64,000 nt of DNA from contig NC_043010.1 of NCBI RefSeq assembly GCF_006345805.1, positions 22,692,001-22,756,000 on the forward strand, read 5' to 3'. The notes under the pieces were generated by a model. That model was given only the letters and a program-made list of their open reading frames with translations. It did not search any database and was not told the origin of the DNA. This DNA comes from Octopus sinensis. Lineage: Eukaryota. Shown here one piece after another: positions 27,565 to 41,745 of this stretch; the stretch's first letter is position 1, and every line of letters starts with the position of its first letter. The position numbers and the translations under genes are program-made.

Positions 27565-28021
27565 TATTAGTGTCAATTTTAGTTGGGTTTTTTTTTCTTT
27601 GTTAAATCTATGGATGGTAGTGGGAGATAATTGTGGACTTCTTTTCACCCTGTAGGACTTCGTTAGCAAATATACAATAATGCAGGCCTTCACTCACTTA
27701 ATTTGTTGAACCATTAGTGATTGAGTTTGTTAAGGAATTAATGTAGGAAAATGTCAATGAACAAATTTTGAAAAGAAATAATCTGCATGACATCTGATCA
27801 TTTACCAAAATGTTGATATAATTATAATATAAAATATTCCAATAACAAAATAAGATTCGATATGCAAGAAAAGTATGAAAATATATATATTCACTGATGA
27901 CCGATATTGTTGTTTCCAATGAAAAGTATGGGTAGACAATTCAAGACATGTCACACACTGATGAATCAACTGTGTGAAACCCACTAAAATTTGTCTGGTG
28001 ATATTTGTCAGTGACAAATAC

Positions 28022-28230
28022 TCTTTTACTTTTTTACTTGTTTCAGTCATTTGATTGTGGCCATGCGGGAGCACCATCTTTAGTCAAGCAAATCAATCCT
28101 AGGACTTATTTTTTGTAAGCCTAGTTCTATTCTATCAGTCTCTTTTGCCGAACCGCTAAGTTATGGGGACATAGACACACCAGCATTGGTTGTCAGGCAA
28201 TGTTGTGGGGACAAATACAAAAACACACAG

Positions 28231-28262
<32 letters not shown>

Positions 28263-28458
28263 TTATATATATATACACACACATACATATATACGACAGG
28301 CTTCTTTCAGTTTCCATCTACCAAATCCACTGACTAGGTTGTGGTTGGCCCGAGGCTGTAGTGGAGGACATTAACCCATGGTGCCACACAGTGGGGCTGA
28401 ACCTGGAGCCATGTGGTTAGTAAGCAAGCTACTTACTACACAGCCAATCATGCACCTA
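28022..28458 (-). mobile_element. SINE family B, near full length
   Basis: Colinear with the 21152 copy. Confidence 0.85.
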
Positions 28459-28853
28459 TATAGTTTATTTTTCATCAGCAATTATGGGTAGGTAACTCTT
28501 GACATGTTTCATTCTGTTTAAGCTCTTAAATAGAAGTGTCTTTGTCTCCATCAGCATAACTTCTCAAAATATAGATGATGCTACTTAAAAACTAATATTA
28601 TTCTCTTGTTTGAAGAGAGCAAGGGTGACTAATCTAGATAGGTTTCACTCTCATTCATGCTCTTTAGGGAGAGTGCACCTTCAATGGAAGTGGTGGTCGC
28701 TCAGTAAAACACACAATAAAATGAAATATTAAATTGACATGAAAGAAACAAATAATTGACATAAAACAAATAAAGTGAGTGTTTTTCCAATATGTAGCCT
28801 GTTTGGTAATTAATCTGTTAAAGAGATGATAGCATCTAATATATATATACACG

Positions 28854-28889
<36 letters not shown>

Positions 28890-29052
28890 CATATACACAC
28901 ATGCTGATACACATCCATCCATACATATGCACACATATATACTTATTTATATATACATATATATATATATATATATGCATACATGTACACACATATACAT
29001 ATATACACATATATACATATATTTATTCATACATACATACACACACACACAC

Positions 29053-29085
<33 letters not shown>

Positions 29086-29226
29086 CACACATATACATAT
29101 ATATACACATATATACATATATATGCATACATATGCACACACACATATATACATACATATATATACACACACACATACATACATACACATACACATATAT
29201 ATATACACATGTACATATATATACAT

Positions 29227-29267
<41 letters not shown>

Positions 29268-29583
29268 CATGTACATATATATACATACACACACACACAT
29301 ATATATATATGTAGGTATATACATGCTAATATGTACACATATATATATATGTATACGAAGCAGTTCTTCTTACTGTGGCAGAGGTTAATATGAATTATTG
29401 AATTTTTCTCTATGCTAAGAATTACTCTCATGACAGCACTCACCAACACCCATCTACCTTCTGACTCATAGATGTGCTGTGTCTTCTCTCACTACCTTTC
29501 CTACTGCTACTAGAATGGCTTCAAGCTTCCTTTTAACTGTCACATCTTGAATCACCTCTACTTGGGTCCACCCAACTCACTTG

Positions 29584-29617
<34 letters not shown>

Positions 29618-30369
29618 CTTCTCCCCACCCATACTATTTTCTACCTCCCTCCCTGGACCTCACACACACCTCAGTACCCAGTTCTTTCTCCCCATAACTG
29701 CCAATACATTGGAATTCTTTACCCTACAGATATTAATTCGCTTTTAATCAAACGAGACAATGATTACACCAATTTCTTCAGTCTCTGATGACAGTGAAGT
29801 CTAGAAGAAAAAATGCAACCTCCTGAAAACTGGTAATCTTGGGACACCACCATCATCATCATTACTATCATCATCATCATCACAACTATCATCACCACCA
29901 CCACCACCACTTTCATTTTTACATCTCTTTTCCATGCTGTCATGTGTTGGGTGGGTTGTCACTACAAGAATCTGTTTCAGTTAGTTCAAGTACTGCCCTC
30001 CATCCTCCTTGATATATTGGTATTATATCTCTCTCCTGGATTCCATTTCTACCTGGATTTCTATAGTTCCCTTCTCTTCCTGACACCAACACCTTTCTAG
30101 AGTGCACTGGGGGCATTTTATTTTGGCACCAGCACCAGAAAGTTTGTCATGTCCTTGGCAACACTGAAACATCCTTTATCGCCAACATTATCTCCATTCA
30201 CCAATGATTAGAGGCCACTGGGTGCATTCTGTAGTGGTACTAACCAGGACTATGAAATCAGAGTCAGAGAGTCGGAATCAGATTTGGAAACAATTAAAGG
30301 GTAGCTGGAGTCAGAGTCTACCGACTCCAACTAACAATGCCTTTATTCTTTAATATAAACCAGTTATAA

Positions 30370-30581
30370 GGTGGCAAGTTGGTAGAAACATTAGCATGCC
30401 GGGCGAAATGCTTAGCAGTATTTCATCTGCTGCTACGTTCTGAGTTCAAATTCCACTGAGGTCGACTTTGCATTTCAACATTTCAGGGTCAATAAATTAA
30501 GTACCAGTTGTGTATTGGGGTCGATCTAATCAACTGGCCCCTTCTCCAAAAATATCGGACCTTGTGCCTTGAGTAGAAAAG
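30370..30581 (+). mobile_element. SINE family C, full length, with 18-bp TSD
   Basis: Flanked by AATATAAACCAGTTATAA at 30352-30369 and 30582-30599. Confidence 0.9.
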
Positions 30582-30603
30582 AATATAAACCAGTTATAAC
30601 ATA

Positions 30604-30770
30604 GTTTTCTACTCTAGGCACAAGACCCGAAATTTTTGGAGAAGGGGCCAGTTGATTAGATCGACCCCAGTACACAACGGATACTTAATTTATTGACCCT
30701 GAAATGTCAGATGAACTACTGCTAAGCATATCGCTTGGCGTGCTAGTGTTTCTGCCAGCTCACTGCCTTT
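30604..30770 (-). mobile_element. SINE family C (internally deleted), with 12-bp TSD
   Basis: Flanked by AGTTATAACATA at 30592-30603 and 30771-30782. Confidence 0.85.
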
Positions 30771-31277
30771 AGTTATAACATATAGGCTTATTCAAAGTAC
30801 AAGCATATACAATATGAGGTATGTAGACCACAATCACTTAATTACATAAAGAAGAGTCAGAGCCGGAGGTGCCAATAGTAGAGGAGTCAGAGGTGCCAAT
30901 AGCATAGGAGTCTGAGTTGGAGACAAAGTTTTTTGTTTTGACTCCACAGCCCTGGTACTACCACTCTAGAACAGTATTTCCCAAACCTTTATTACCTATG
31001 GCCCCCTCTTTGATCCCTGTTTTAATCTGGTTGTCTCCGTAGCCATTCCATGTTTTAAAAATCCTATTATATTTTTATAATTAAATCATAGAAGTAAAAT
31101 CACCTTATACACAAATTTCACAAAATCTTATAGGGACCCCACCACCCTTAGGCTTATGTGGACCTCGTCATTGCTCTTTAGGTTGTCCTGTCCTTGCCAA
31201 GAGTGAAGGATTATGATTGTCATCATCATTACTGTTGTTGTCATTTTAATGTCCACTTTTCAGACAGAATTTGTTAA

Positions 31278-31487
31278 CCCTTTCAGCCCAGCTGGTACAT
31301 ATTTGTACCAGTCAAAAATTTTACATTCTATATGATGCGGTATAGTACCACTCCGGTTATTCTGGTAAGTATGTAGTGCCAGACGTATGGTCGGAGTGTA
31401 TGACTCTATAATGACAGCTCGAAAGGCTCGCATGCGTACAGACCTCCCACAATTACCGAGTTGAGGAAAAATTCTGGATTGAAAGGG
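31278..31487. mobile_element. piggyBac-type MITE (210 bp)
   Basis: TTAA|CCCTTTCAGCCCAG ... CTGGATTGAAAGGG|TTAA. TIR 12/14 identical, TTAA duplication. It interrupts an older dispersed repeat. Confidence 0.85.
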
Positions 31488-31669
31488 TTAAGGCAGATTT
31501 TCTACAGCTGGATGCTCTTCCAGTGACCAAGTCATCTGTTTTCAGGGTAATATTTCACCCCAACCAGATAAATTTTCCATTGAAATTTGGAACCTTGCAT
31601 AATGAGGTTTCTTTTTATAAACATCATGTAAATGTCTACCCAAGGGTACATACACACACACACACAGAG

Positions 31670-31812
31670 GCACATATATGACATTCTTCTTTCAGTTTCC
31701 ATCTGTCAGATCTATCACAAGGTTTTGGTTGGCACAAGGTGCTGCTCAGTGGGGCTGAACTGAAGACCACATGGTTGGCAAGCAAGTCTCTTAAGCACAC
31801 CACCATTCCACA
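31670..31812 (-). mobile_element. SINE family B, 5' fragment
   Basis: CTTCTTTCAGTTTCCATCT...GGGGCTGAAC...ACATGGTTGGCAAGCAAG. Confidence 0.6.
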
Positions 31813-32696
31813 TGCTTTTGTCTTGGAGAAAAACTTATCCAAAAGTCATTTAATATGTAATTAATTTGCAAAAACCATCATTACATTCTTGGTTTTATTG
31901 TTTCAGGAAAAAAGTTTTTTAAGACCCATTGAAAGCAAAACTGTTTTGGCACAACGTTTTCACTCAATTATTTTGTCTGATTGGATCTTTGGTAGATGTG
32001 AAGGCTAGCATCCCATTCTTGTATTACATCCAATAATGCATTCAGAAATTTGGTATTTTATCTGCTAGAATGATCCAGATGAAAAAGATGATGGTGAATC
32101 TTTGTTGTCCAGAGATTATCCTCTTCCTCCCTAATCTCCTCCTCAGCCTCTTCCCTCATCCCCCTCCCTCATTTCCCCATCTTCCCTCATCTCCCCATCC
32201 TCCCTTGTCTCCCCATCCTTCCTCTCCTCCTCCTCCTTCATCTCCCCATCTTTCCTCTCCTCCTCCCTCATCTCCCCCTCTCCCCCTCATCTCCTTCTTC
32301 ATCCTCTTCCATCTCCTTCACTCATTTCCTCCTCCCTCCCCCCTCCTCCCTCATCTCTTTCATCTCCTCCTCCTCTTCCTTCCATTGTTATCAATTTCTT
32401 TCTTTCTTTATATAATTTTGTTGTAAAGGATTATTTTTTTATTTTTTATTTCTTGGTAGACATTCCTGAGAATACATTAAGCCAGGAATGCCAGAACATA
32501 ATCTGATGTAAGAAAGGAAATTGTACACTACACTTAATCAGAACGAAATTACCATAATTAAAAGGGAGGAACCATGTTACAAAGTTGAGAAACTAAGCCG
32601 CCAAGAGGCAGAACCTCCTCTGGTGCATAATCCAAGTCTGCAAACCCAATGTTAACCATCTTACCAATATAACTGGCGTTCATAAGAATAATTCAT

Positions 32697-32850
32697 TCTG
32701 TTATAAGGCCTGGAATTTTGGTGGAGGGTGCTAGTCATTTGCAAAACCCCCTGTGCGTAACTGGTACGTATTATCTATTGACCCTGAAAGGATGAAAGGC
32801 AAAGTCAACCTTGGTGGAATTTGAACTCAGAACTTAGCGACAGATGAATG
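32697..32850 (-). mobile_element. SINE family C fragment
   Basis: GACCCTGAAAGGATGAAAGGCAAAGTCAACCTTGGTGGAATTTGAACTCAGAAC. Confidence 0.75.
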
Positions 32851-32929
32851 TCTTTGTGGCTTCTTGGTTTGGCAAAATACCAACAGAAGTACCAAACCAA
32901 AAGTCATAAGTTCTTGTGTCGGTTTGCAT

Positions 32930-32984
32930 GACTATATATATATACACACATATATATATAATATATGTATATGTATGTATATAT

Positions 32985-33018
<34 letters not shown>

Positions 33019-33310
33019 GTATATATATATATATATATTATGTATGTTGATATATATATATATATTATATATATATATATAACTATGTTATGTATATATA
33101 TATATTTATGTATATATATATGTATACATATATATATATATATATATATGCATACATATATATATATATATGTATACATATATATATATATGTAATACAT
33201 ATATATATAGATTATATATATATAATGTATACACATATATATATATATATGTATACATAAGATATATATGTATACACATATATATATATATATTATACAT
33301 ATATATATAT

Positions 33311-33345
<35 letters not shown>

Positions 33346-34285
33346 TACAGTATATATATATTATATTATACATATATATATATATATGGTTACCTATATA
33401 TATATATATGTTACATATGTAGCATATATATATATATGGTATACTATATATATATATATGTAATCATATATCTATATAATATATATATTTTGTATATATA
33501 TATTGTTTATCATATATATATCTGTATATCTATATATATATATGTACACACACACACACATATTATATATATATATATAGATATGTATGTAATGTATATA
33601 TATGTATTTATATATATATGTATGTATATATATTATATATGTATGTATATATATATATGGTATGTATAGATATATGATGTATGTATATATATATATATTA
33701 TGTATGTAATATATTATATATATTTATACATATATATATATATATATGTATATATAATATATATATATGTTGTATATATTATATATATGTATACTTATAT
33801 ATATATAATTATATAGATGTATGTATATATATATGTATGGTCTATATATATATATATATATAGTTATGTATTTATAATATATTATGTATATATATATATA
33901 TGTATGTATATATATCTGATATATATATATAATTATAATATCTATATATATATATATATATATATAGTAGATAGTATTATATTATATATATTATATATAT
34001 AATTATATATATATCTATATATATATATATTGTATACAAAAATGTAATATATAACATATATAATGTATACATAGATATATTATGTATGCATATTATATAT
34101 ATATATATGTATATCATATATATATATATAATATATACATATATAGATTATATATATGCATAAAAGATAAATATATAAATGTAATGCATATTAGTATATG
34201 ATATATATATGTATACATATATATAATATATATATGTATACATATATAATAATATATGTATACATATATTATACACACACACACA

Positions 34286-34319
<34 letters not shown>

Positions 34320-34345
34320 ATATATATATTTATGTATACATATAT
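32930..34345. repeat. 1.4-kb degenerate (TA)n microsatellite (largest in the window)
   Basis: Almost pure AT dinucleotide with scattered G/C. Similar tracts at 9790-10095, 28830-29350 and 61830-62140. (GAA)n/(TTC)n at 14160, 14740 and 16765. (GATA)n at 17965, 23710 and 61105. (AAT)n at 20100 and 41632. Confidence 0.98.
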
Positions 34346-34347
34346 AT

Positions 34348-34675
34348 GTGGTCATGACTGCCCATGGGATGGCACCTAGAAAGTTACCTTCCGAGGCACA
34401 AGTCTGGGCAAGGTTGTTTATGGAAGACCGGCAGTTGCCCATGCATACCACCCTCCCCATTCCATGCCATTGATGTTATCCAAGGAAAAGGCAAAGGGGC
34501 TGATACATCTCGGCACCAGTGACGTCGCAACTCATTTCTACAGCTGAGTGAAGTGGAGCAATGTGAAATAAAGTGTTTTGCTCAAAAACACAACACACAG
34601 CTCAGTTTGGGATTTGAACTCACAACCTCACGATTGTAAGCTCGACACTCTAACCACTGAGCCATGTGCCTTCAC
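34348..34675 (-). mobile_element. tRNA-derived SINE, family D
   Basis: Minus-strand head GTGAAGGCACATGGCTCAGTGGTTAGAGTGTCG...GAGTTCAAATCC (A and B boxes). Related heads at about 12530-12700(-) and 18830-18990(-). Confidence 0.75.
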
Positions 34676-34851
34676 ATTATATACATATATATATATGTGT
34701 GTTGTGTGTGTGTGTGTGTATAAATATATATGTGTGTGTGTGTGTGTGTGTGTAACACAAGCATAATAAGAAAAAAATCAGAACAATAATATTGCCTTAC
34801 CTCTGCTAGATCAGCAAAAGTAATGTTCTGTGTAAGTGTGTGTGTGTGTGT

Positions 34852-34891
<40 letters not shown>

Positions 34892-36272
34892 CGTGTGTGT
34901 GTGTGTGTGTTTGTGTATCAAAGGTAGAACAGAAAAAACACAAGAAATGGAAACCGTCAAAACACAACATGTGGAGAAAAGGAGGATAGCACAACAATGG
35001 CAAACAGGACAAAACAAGATACACGGATCATTCACAGCCAATTGCCTCTTCAGTTGGAGTCTGAAATGTCTATGTAGTTTTGACCACTTATCTCTAATGC
35101 TATGCGAAACCTGCTGAGCCAGGGACTTAAGCTAAAATCATTAAAGCTCTGGGCAAAACAAACGAATGTACATATACGAAAACAAATAAGTAAACAACAG
35201 AAAGGGTCTTTTGAGTATCAAATGAATGTAACATATGAAATCGAATTACGCATATACAATGGGCAAACACCTTTCAGTTATACAATGAAATGAAAATAAT
35301 GGTAGGAAGCTGGAGCAAGGAAAATCGAAATGGAAAAATCTTAACAGACCAGGTGGCAGGACAGGATAGAACAGACGTGACCGACCTCGAAGGCAGCCAA
35401 CCAAAAAAAGGATAACAAAGCCTGAAATGGACAGCAATCCCATGGCAGTGGAGGGGAGGAGTTGAAGAGGGCAGAGGGTATACGGGAGAGGGGAGAGGGG
35501 AATAGTTTAAAGATCCAACCGAAGTAGAATCCACAAAAAAGAATGTGCTCCAAACTGTGAGAGACAATTATCAATTTAAATACACAACCAAAAGAACTAA
35601 TAATAGTTTAATGCTTCTGTGATACTTGATCAGGCGTGTTAACATGTATCAGGTGTGTGTATCCATTACATAAGACCTTCCTCACTTAAAATATTTTTCT
35701 AACGATTTGCCATAGTTTTTTTTTTATTTGACTCAAGTTCAAAATTCTGATATTACACACTGCTTCTTAGCATAACACAGAATACACACACTCTCTTTCT
35801 CTCTCTCTCTCTGTCTTTCACACACACACATACACACACACTTATGAATTCCTCATTATTTTTACCAATATTCTTGTTTCTTAGAATTAGTCTTTCATTA
35901 GGTTTCCCTGTAGATATGTAATTCATACAGCATGCAGCATGTTCCATGCCTGCTTCATTTCATGACACGGATTAAAAATTAATTTGATGCTCTGAGAAAG
36001 GGCAATGTTCATAACATTTAGTAGGGTATATATATATGAGAGACTGGAAAGGAAAGCAAGGGTTGGTAGAAACCCAAGTACCGTCTCAGTATCAGAAAGA
36101 ACAGTGCAAAGAGATATTGAATTACAGAACTAAAGAGACTGCGTCTGAATTCTTGCAGCAACAGACTGGCCTTTTGCAAGAGGTTCTCAAAGAACAGATG
36201 GGAGTAGGAAACTGGCTGAGGTGCAGCTAGTCTGATGACGTTTCCCCTTTGCAGTTTCCTTCTTTCCATGTA

Positions 36273-36661
36273 CAGTAGAACCTCACAGTACAAGTGCCCC
36301 ATTGTACGAATGAGTAATTTACTGTACGAGCCGAGACTCGTGCAAATTTTTATCTTGAAGTATGGGCGGAAATCCAGAGTACGAGCACACAAATCGAACC
36401 ATCTTTAAGGTAATTCAGTTAATAAAACCAGTTTGCATATTTCTTTTGCATTCTCTTTTTTATAATTGTCATTTCACTTATAACTACACTTTTTCTTGTT
36501 TAAAACCCATGGAAATCTATTTTTGAGTAGTTTTTTGGGGCAGGAAAGGATTAATTATATTTTAGTTAATTTCAATGGCGAAAATTAATTTGTAAAATGA
36601 GTAAATCGTAAGACAAGCTGAGTCATGGAACGAATTAAACTTGTACTGCGAAGTATCACTG
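36273..36661. mobile_element. Tigger/TcMar-like MITE
   Basis: TA|CAGTAGAACCTCACAGTACAAGT ... ACTTGTACTGCGAAGTATCACTG|TA. 18/23 TIR identity, TA TSD. Confidence 0.75.
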
Positions 36662-37308
36662 TATTTCTAATTCACTCTTAGAATTAGGTTAGAAAATTAT
36701 TGCGCCATTTGCTGTGCATTGGGATTAAGACTAGTTATGTAATTGTGGAATAAGATTTTTAACCACACGGCCATGCTTGCACTCTGTGTGTATATGTTTG
36801 CACACTGTGTGTGTAATTAAAAAGCACATTTGTTTCCCGACCACATGAGTTTGGGTTCAGTCCCATGCCTGATACCTTGGGCAAGTGTCTTCTACTAAAG
36901 CCCTGGGGTCAATAAAGCCTTTGTGCGTGCGTGTGTGTGATAATGATCATGATCATCATCATCATTGCTGGCTTGGGTTGGGTGGGTAGACAGGAACTGG
37001 CAAGTGGCAGGATGGCCCCAAGCTCTATTGTCTGCTAGGACTCACCCTTGGATGCCCTTCCTAATGCCAACCACTTCACTGAATGTACTTTTTACATGGC
37101 ACATCCATGTATGTGTGTACATATACACACTCAGATGGACATGAACATGTATATAATATATAGGTATATGTTGTGTATATACAAACACATATGCACACAC
37201 ACACATGAACACACAGACACATACTGCCATGCAATGCATACTTATGTATATATACAAGCATACATACACACATGTACACATATATGAAGATACATACATG
37301 CATGTATG

Positions 37309-37339
<31 letters not shown>

Positions 37340-37761
37340 GTACAAATTGAGATAGAGATTGTAAATGCAACCCTCTATGGGATAACGTATATCCAATATA
37401 CTGCTAGTGAAGTACCCAACAAAGTTAATACATAAATGTTAATGATTGCGATGCAATCAATTCATTTACTGTATTTTATGGTCAAAGGTAAAATGATTTA
37501 CCACAAATTACTAATACAAGATAAGAAAATGGAGAAATACATCTGAATCAAATATCAATTACCAGATAATACTCAATCCCATACTTTAATAAACCACCAC
37601 ATAAGAGACTGTAGGGTTAAATATTAAAAGCAGAACAAATCAGTGTACATAAAGGAATGTACATAAAAAAGTGTACATAAAAGAGTAATGTTGTATAATA
37701 ATTAGAATATATATAAAAAAGAATATAAATACAAGTAAATATAAATATAAGTATAAATTAG

Positions 37762-37879
37762 ATCTTACAGCTGTTTCGGCTATGTCGATAATTATGTCTC
37801 ATTTTACCAATATTAGCCCTTTATGGTTGGTCAATATATAGAGACATTAACAAAAATATCACAAAGCCTCTTCGGAGAT
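37762..37879 (-). ncRNA. Type I hammerhead-like motif with long extended stem II (U4C core variant)
   Basis: Minus strand ATCT-CCGAAGA-GGCT...[~85 nt containing ATGTCTC/GAGACAT and ACCAA/TTGGT pairings]...AGCC-GAAACAGCTGTA-AGAT. Palindromic stem III ACAGCTGT, GUA triplet. Confidence 0.55.
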
Positions 37880-39006
37880 TATGTAATATAACAGTCTACA
37901 CATATACCCCCATGGGTGTGGGTGCGTACACACAATACAACATATATATATACATATGAGTGCATATACTCACACTCCTATACATTTACATAATGATATA
38001 AATAAATAATATAAATTAGTAAACATATATATGTGTTCCACACCAAATGTCTCAGTTTTTCAACTTAATATTGTGATATTAAACATACACAAATTAATAC
38101 CTAGATGTAAATATACATAGTCAATAGTACATTATATTACTTCATAATAGTTTCCAAAGTGTCATTAAAGTTAGTATCATTATCGTTGTCAATACAATTA
38201 ATGTTATCATTGTTATCATTCATAATATTATTAATAACTCTTACATTATGATCCAGAGCAGAATATATGTATGTCCGTGTTCCAGTTAATAATTTTCCTT
38301 ATGGCATAAATATACTATTGGATTTGAATTTAAAATTATTATTATCTTCCTCACAGTTAGTCAATTGAGAACCGCCCGACTTCCACCAACCTTACAAGCA
38401 AAACATACACATCCACATCTAACCCTAAACCCATACATCCACACAGAGACTCACACACACATGTACACACACATGAATACACCCCAACACATCTCTACAA
38501 TAAATTGGAGAGTGCATGTCTGTCATCGTATTGCTTATAGACATATCAGTACAGGCAGCAGTGTCTAACACTAACACGCACATCCGCATATACGCATAAA
38601 TATTAATACACTTTCCTATACTGTGTCAGGGAACTTTCGCACACACATATATATATATATATTTTTAAATATATATCTGCGCACTCATACGTACAAGTAG
38701 AACCCATATTTATATCTACCCATGAATGAATATTCGCATATACATATATACACATCCAAACACGCATCTGCGTGCTTATATGTGTAATAAAAACATACAT
38801 CCGTACATCCACCCACGATCATACCTATATGTACAAAAACATATATACTTACACATACACATTTTCACACACCTACAGAGGTTACTATTAATTTAGAATA
38901 AGTTTATTAATTATAAGTTAAATTAATTATAGATTAGTAAGTACCAAATAAACAAAAATAAAATAATTAAATAAATAAATATGAATATATATATACATAC
39001 ACACAT

Positions 39007-39178
39007 ATCATCATCATCATCATCATCGTCGTTTAACGTCCGTTCTCCATGCTAGCATGGGTTGGACGGTTCGACCGGGGTTCTGGGAAGCCAGAAGGCT
39101 GCACCAGGCTCCAGTCTAATTTGGCAATGTTTCTACAGCTGGATGCCCTTCCTAACGCCAACCACTCCGTGAGTGTAG
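39007..39178 (-). mobile_element. LINE-tail/SINE-like dispersed repeat with (ATG)n tail
   Basis: (CAT)n-GTTTAACGTCCG...CATGCTAGCATGGGTTGGACGG...CTACAGCTGGATGCCCTTCCTAACGCCAACC. Decayed relatives near 29840-30000, 31200-31560 and 36940-37110. Confidence 0.65.
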
Positions 39179-39865
39179 CAGACATATATATATATATATA
39201 TATACACATACACATATCCATGTATAGATAAATAGATAAATAAAATGGAATACAAATTAAGGAGGGCATAAAGATAAACCTAATATAGTGAGCATAAAAA
39301 TAAAAGAAAAAACAAGGGAATCCCACATTATATGCTCATCGAAATAAACAACTTATAGTAATTATAGACTCTTACATATTACATATTGGTATATTAAAAA
39401 CTCAAACTAGTGCCCTAAGATATGATGCACCTATACATCTTACACCTATAGTATTATCTGGTAATTGATATTTGATTCAGATGTATTTCTCCATTTTCTT
39501 ATCTTGTATATATATATATATTTCTGTGTGAGTTAGAGGTTGGGAAACCAACCAACTAAGGGATAGAAGCCTAGAGGCACATTCATCTTCCAAACTTTAT
39601 CTGGCCATCCCTACAGAACACTGAAGAGATGGAAATGGCTTTGAGAATTTCTTTGCCTCTTGGCAGAAACGGCCGTAAGGAACTAGCACCTACTGACAAT
39701 CTGATCATTTGCTCTTTTCTATAAGATTAGTACATGTGTGTGTAACATGGTTATTATATGTGTATGTATTCTTCTAATACATTCTATTACTTTTGAATAA
39801 ATAGACATACTAGAATGTTTATCGGCTGATGTATGTCATTCTTGCATCCTCTCCATTTTCTTATT

Positions 39866-39917
<52 letters not shown>

Positions 39918-40204
39918 TATATATATGTATGTATGTATATATGATTGCTATTTTGTTAAACTGTTGTACGTCCAAAATTGGGCAAATGCATTTTTTTAAA
40001 TATTTATTTCTGCTTGCAATAGCTGGTTCTTTTGATCAAACTATCGTATCTCCAGGTGCTTCAGATGCCAAGATATCAGAAATTGTCAAAGTGTAGTAGA
40101 ACGGTTTTGCTATGAAAACTATTTTTCCATTCTCTGAAAAAGCAACATTTTAGACTTATGACACTTTTGCATAATAGCATCAGTGTACATACACACACAC
40201 ATAC

Positions 40205-40264
<60 letters not shown>

Positions 40265-40384
40265 CGATGGGTTTCATTCAGTTTCCGTCTACTAAATCCA
40301 CTCACAAGGCTTTGGTCAGCCTAAAGCTATAGTCAAAGACATGATTCTTGTCCGAGGAGCCATGTAATGGAAATTGGCCCAGAA

Positions 40385-41632
40385 CCATATTTTATTTAAT
40401 TGATGCTGGAAGGATGAAAGGCAAAGTTGACCATGTCTGGATTTGAACTCACTTTGCAAAGATTTAGAATTAATACCACCAGGTATTGTGCCTGGTTTCC
40501 AAATTATTCTGCCAGTACACCACAACATGAAGTGCTATTTCAAATATAGGCACCACACCTGAAATTTTGGAGATAGGGAACAGTTAGGGATATCAGTCTC
40601 AATGCTCAACTGATCCTTTAATATACTTACCCCTAAAAAGCATAAAGCAAAGTTAACCTTGGTGGGATTTGAAATAAGAACTTAAAAGAATGTAACTAAA
40701 TACCACAAGGCATTTTAGTTGACACTCTAACAGTTTTACCAACTCACTAATAATTATTACATCGACCCTAGTGTTCAACTGGTACTTATTCTATCAACCC
40801 CGAAAGGATGAAAGGCAAAGTCAACCTTGGTGGAATTTGAGCTCAGAATGTGAAGACAGATGAAATGCCGCTAAGCATTTCACCTGGCGTACTAACGATT
40901 CTGCCAGCTCATCACCTTTATTTAGCTAAATATCGATTTGAACGTTTTGCACAAGGCCAGTAATTTCAGGGGTGGAGTAAGTCAATTACATTAACCCCCC
41001 AGGTACTTATTTTATCGACCCCGAAAGGATAAATGGCAAAGTTGACCTTGGCAGAATTTGAACTCAGAATGTAGTGACAGGCAAAACACCACTAAGTATT
41101 TTGTCAAGTGCTCTAGCGATTCTGCCAGCTCGCTGCCTTTCACCAACTCCCTAGTAATAACAATCCTTTATAATATAAGGCACAAGGCCTGAAATTTTAG
41201 AGAACGGGTCTAATTAATTACATTGAACCCAGTACTTGATTTGCCCTTATTTAAATTGTTCTCCCAAAAGGATGAAAATGAAGGGCAAAGCTGACCTCAG
41301 TGGAATTTGAACTCTGAATGTAAAGATGGACAAAATGTGAAGCATTTTGCCCAGCATTCTAATGTTTCTGTCAGCTTGCTGCCTTATATAATAATAATAA
41401 TAATAATAATAATCCTTTCTACTATAGGCACACAGTCTGAAATTTTGGGGTAAAGGTGTTAGTTGGTTACATTGACCCCAGTGCATAACTGCTATGTATT
41501 TTATTGACCTCCAAAATGGATGGAAAGCAAACTTAACCTCGGCAGAATTTGAACTCAGAATGTAATGACAGATGAAACACCACTAAGCATTTTGTCCAGT
41601 GTGCTAACGACTCTGCCAGCTCGCCACCTTAT
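40385..41632 (-). mobile_element. Cluster of six same-orientation SINE family C copies
   Basis: The core AAAG(G)CAAAG(T/C)TGACCT..G..GAATTTGAACTC is repeated at about 40415, 40640, 40810, 41030, 41280 and 41520. Some spacers are (AAT)n or AT-rich. Confidence 0.8.
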
Positions 41633-41633
41633 A

Positions 41634-41745
<112 letters not shown>

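Larger units (their letters stand above)
30245..30954. mobile_element. hAT-type MITE with 8-bp TSD, carrying two nested SINEs
   Basis: Termini CAGGACTATGAAATCAGAGTC / GACTCCACAGCCCTG. Flanks GTACTAAC (30237-44) and GTACTACC (30955-62), 7/8 identical. Internal GAGTC subrepeats. Confidence 0.7.
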
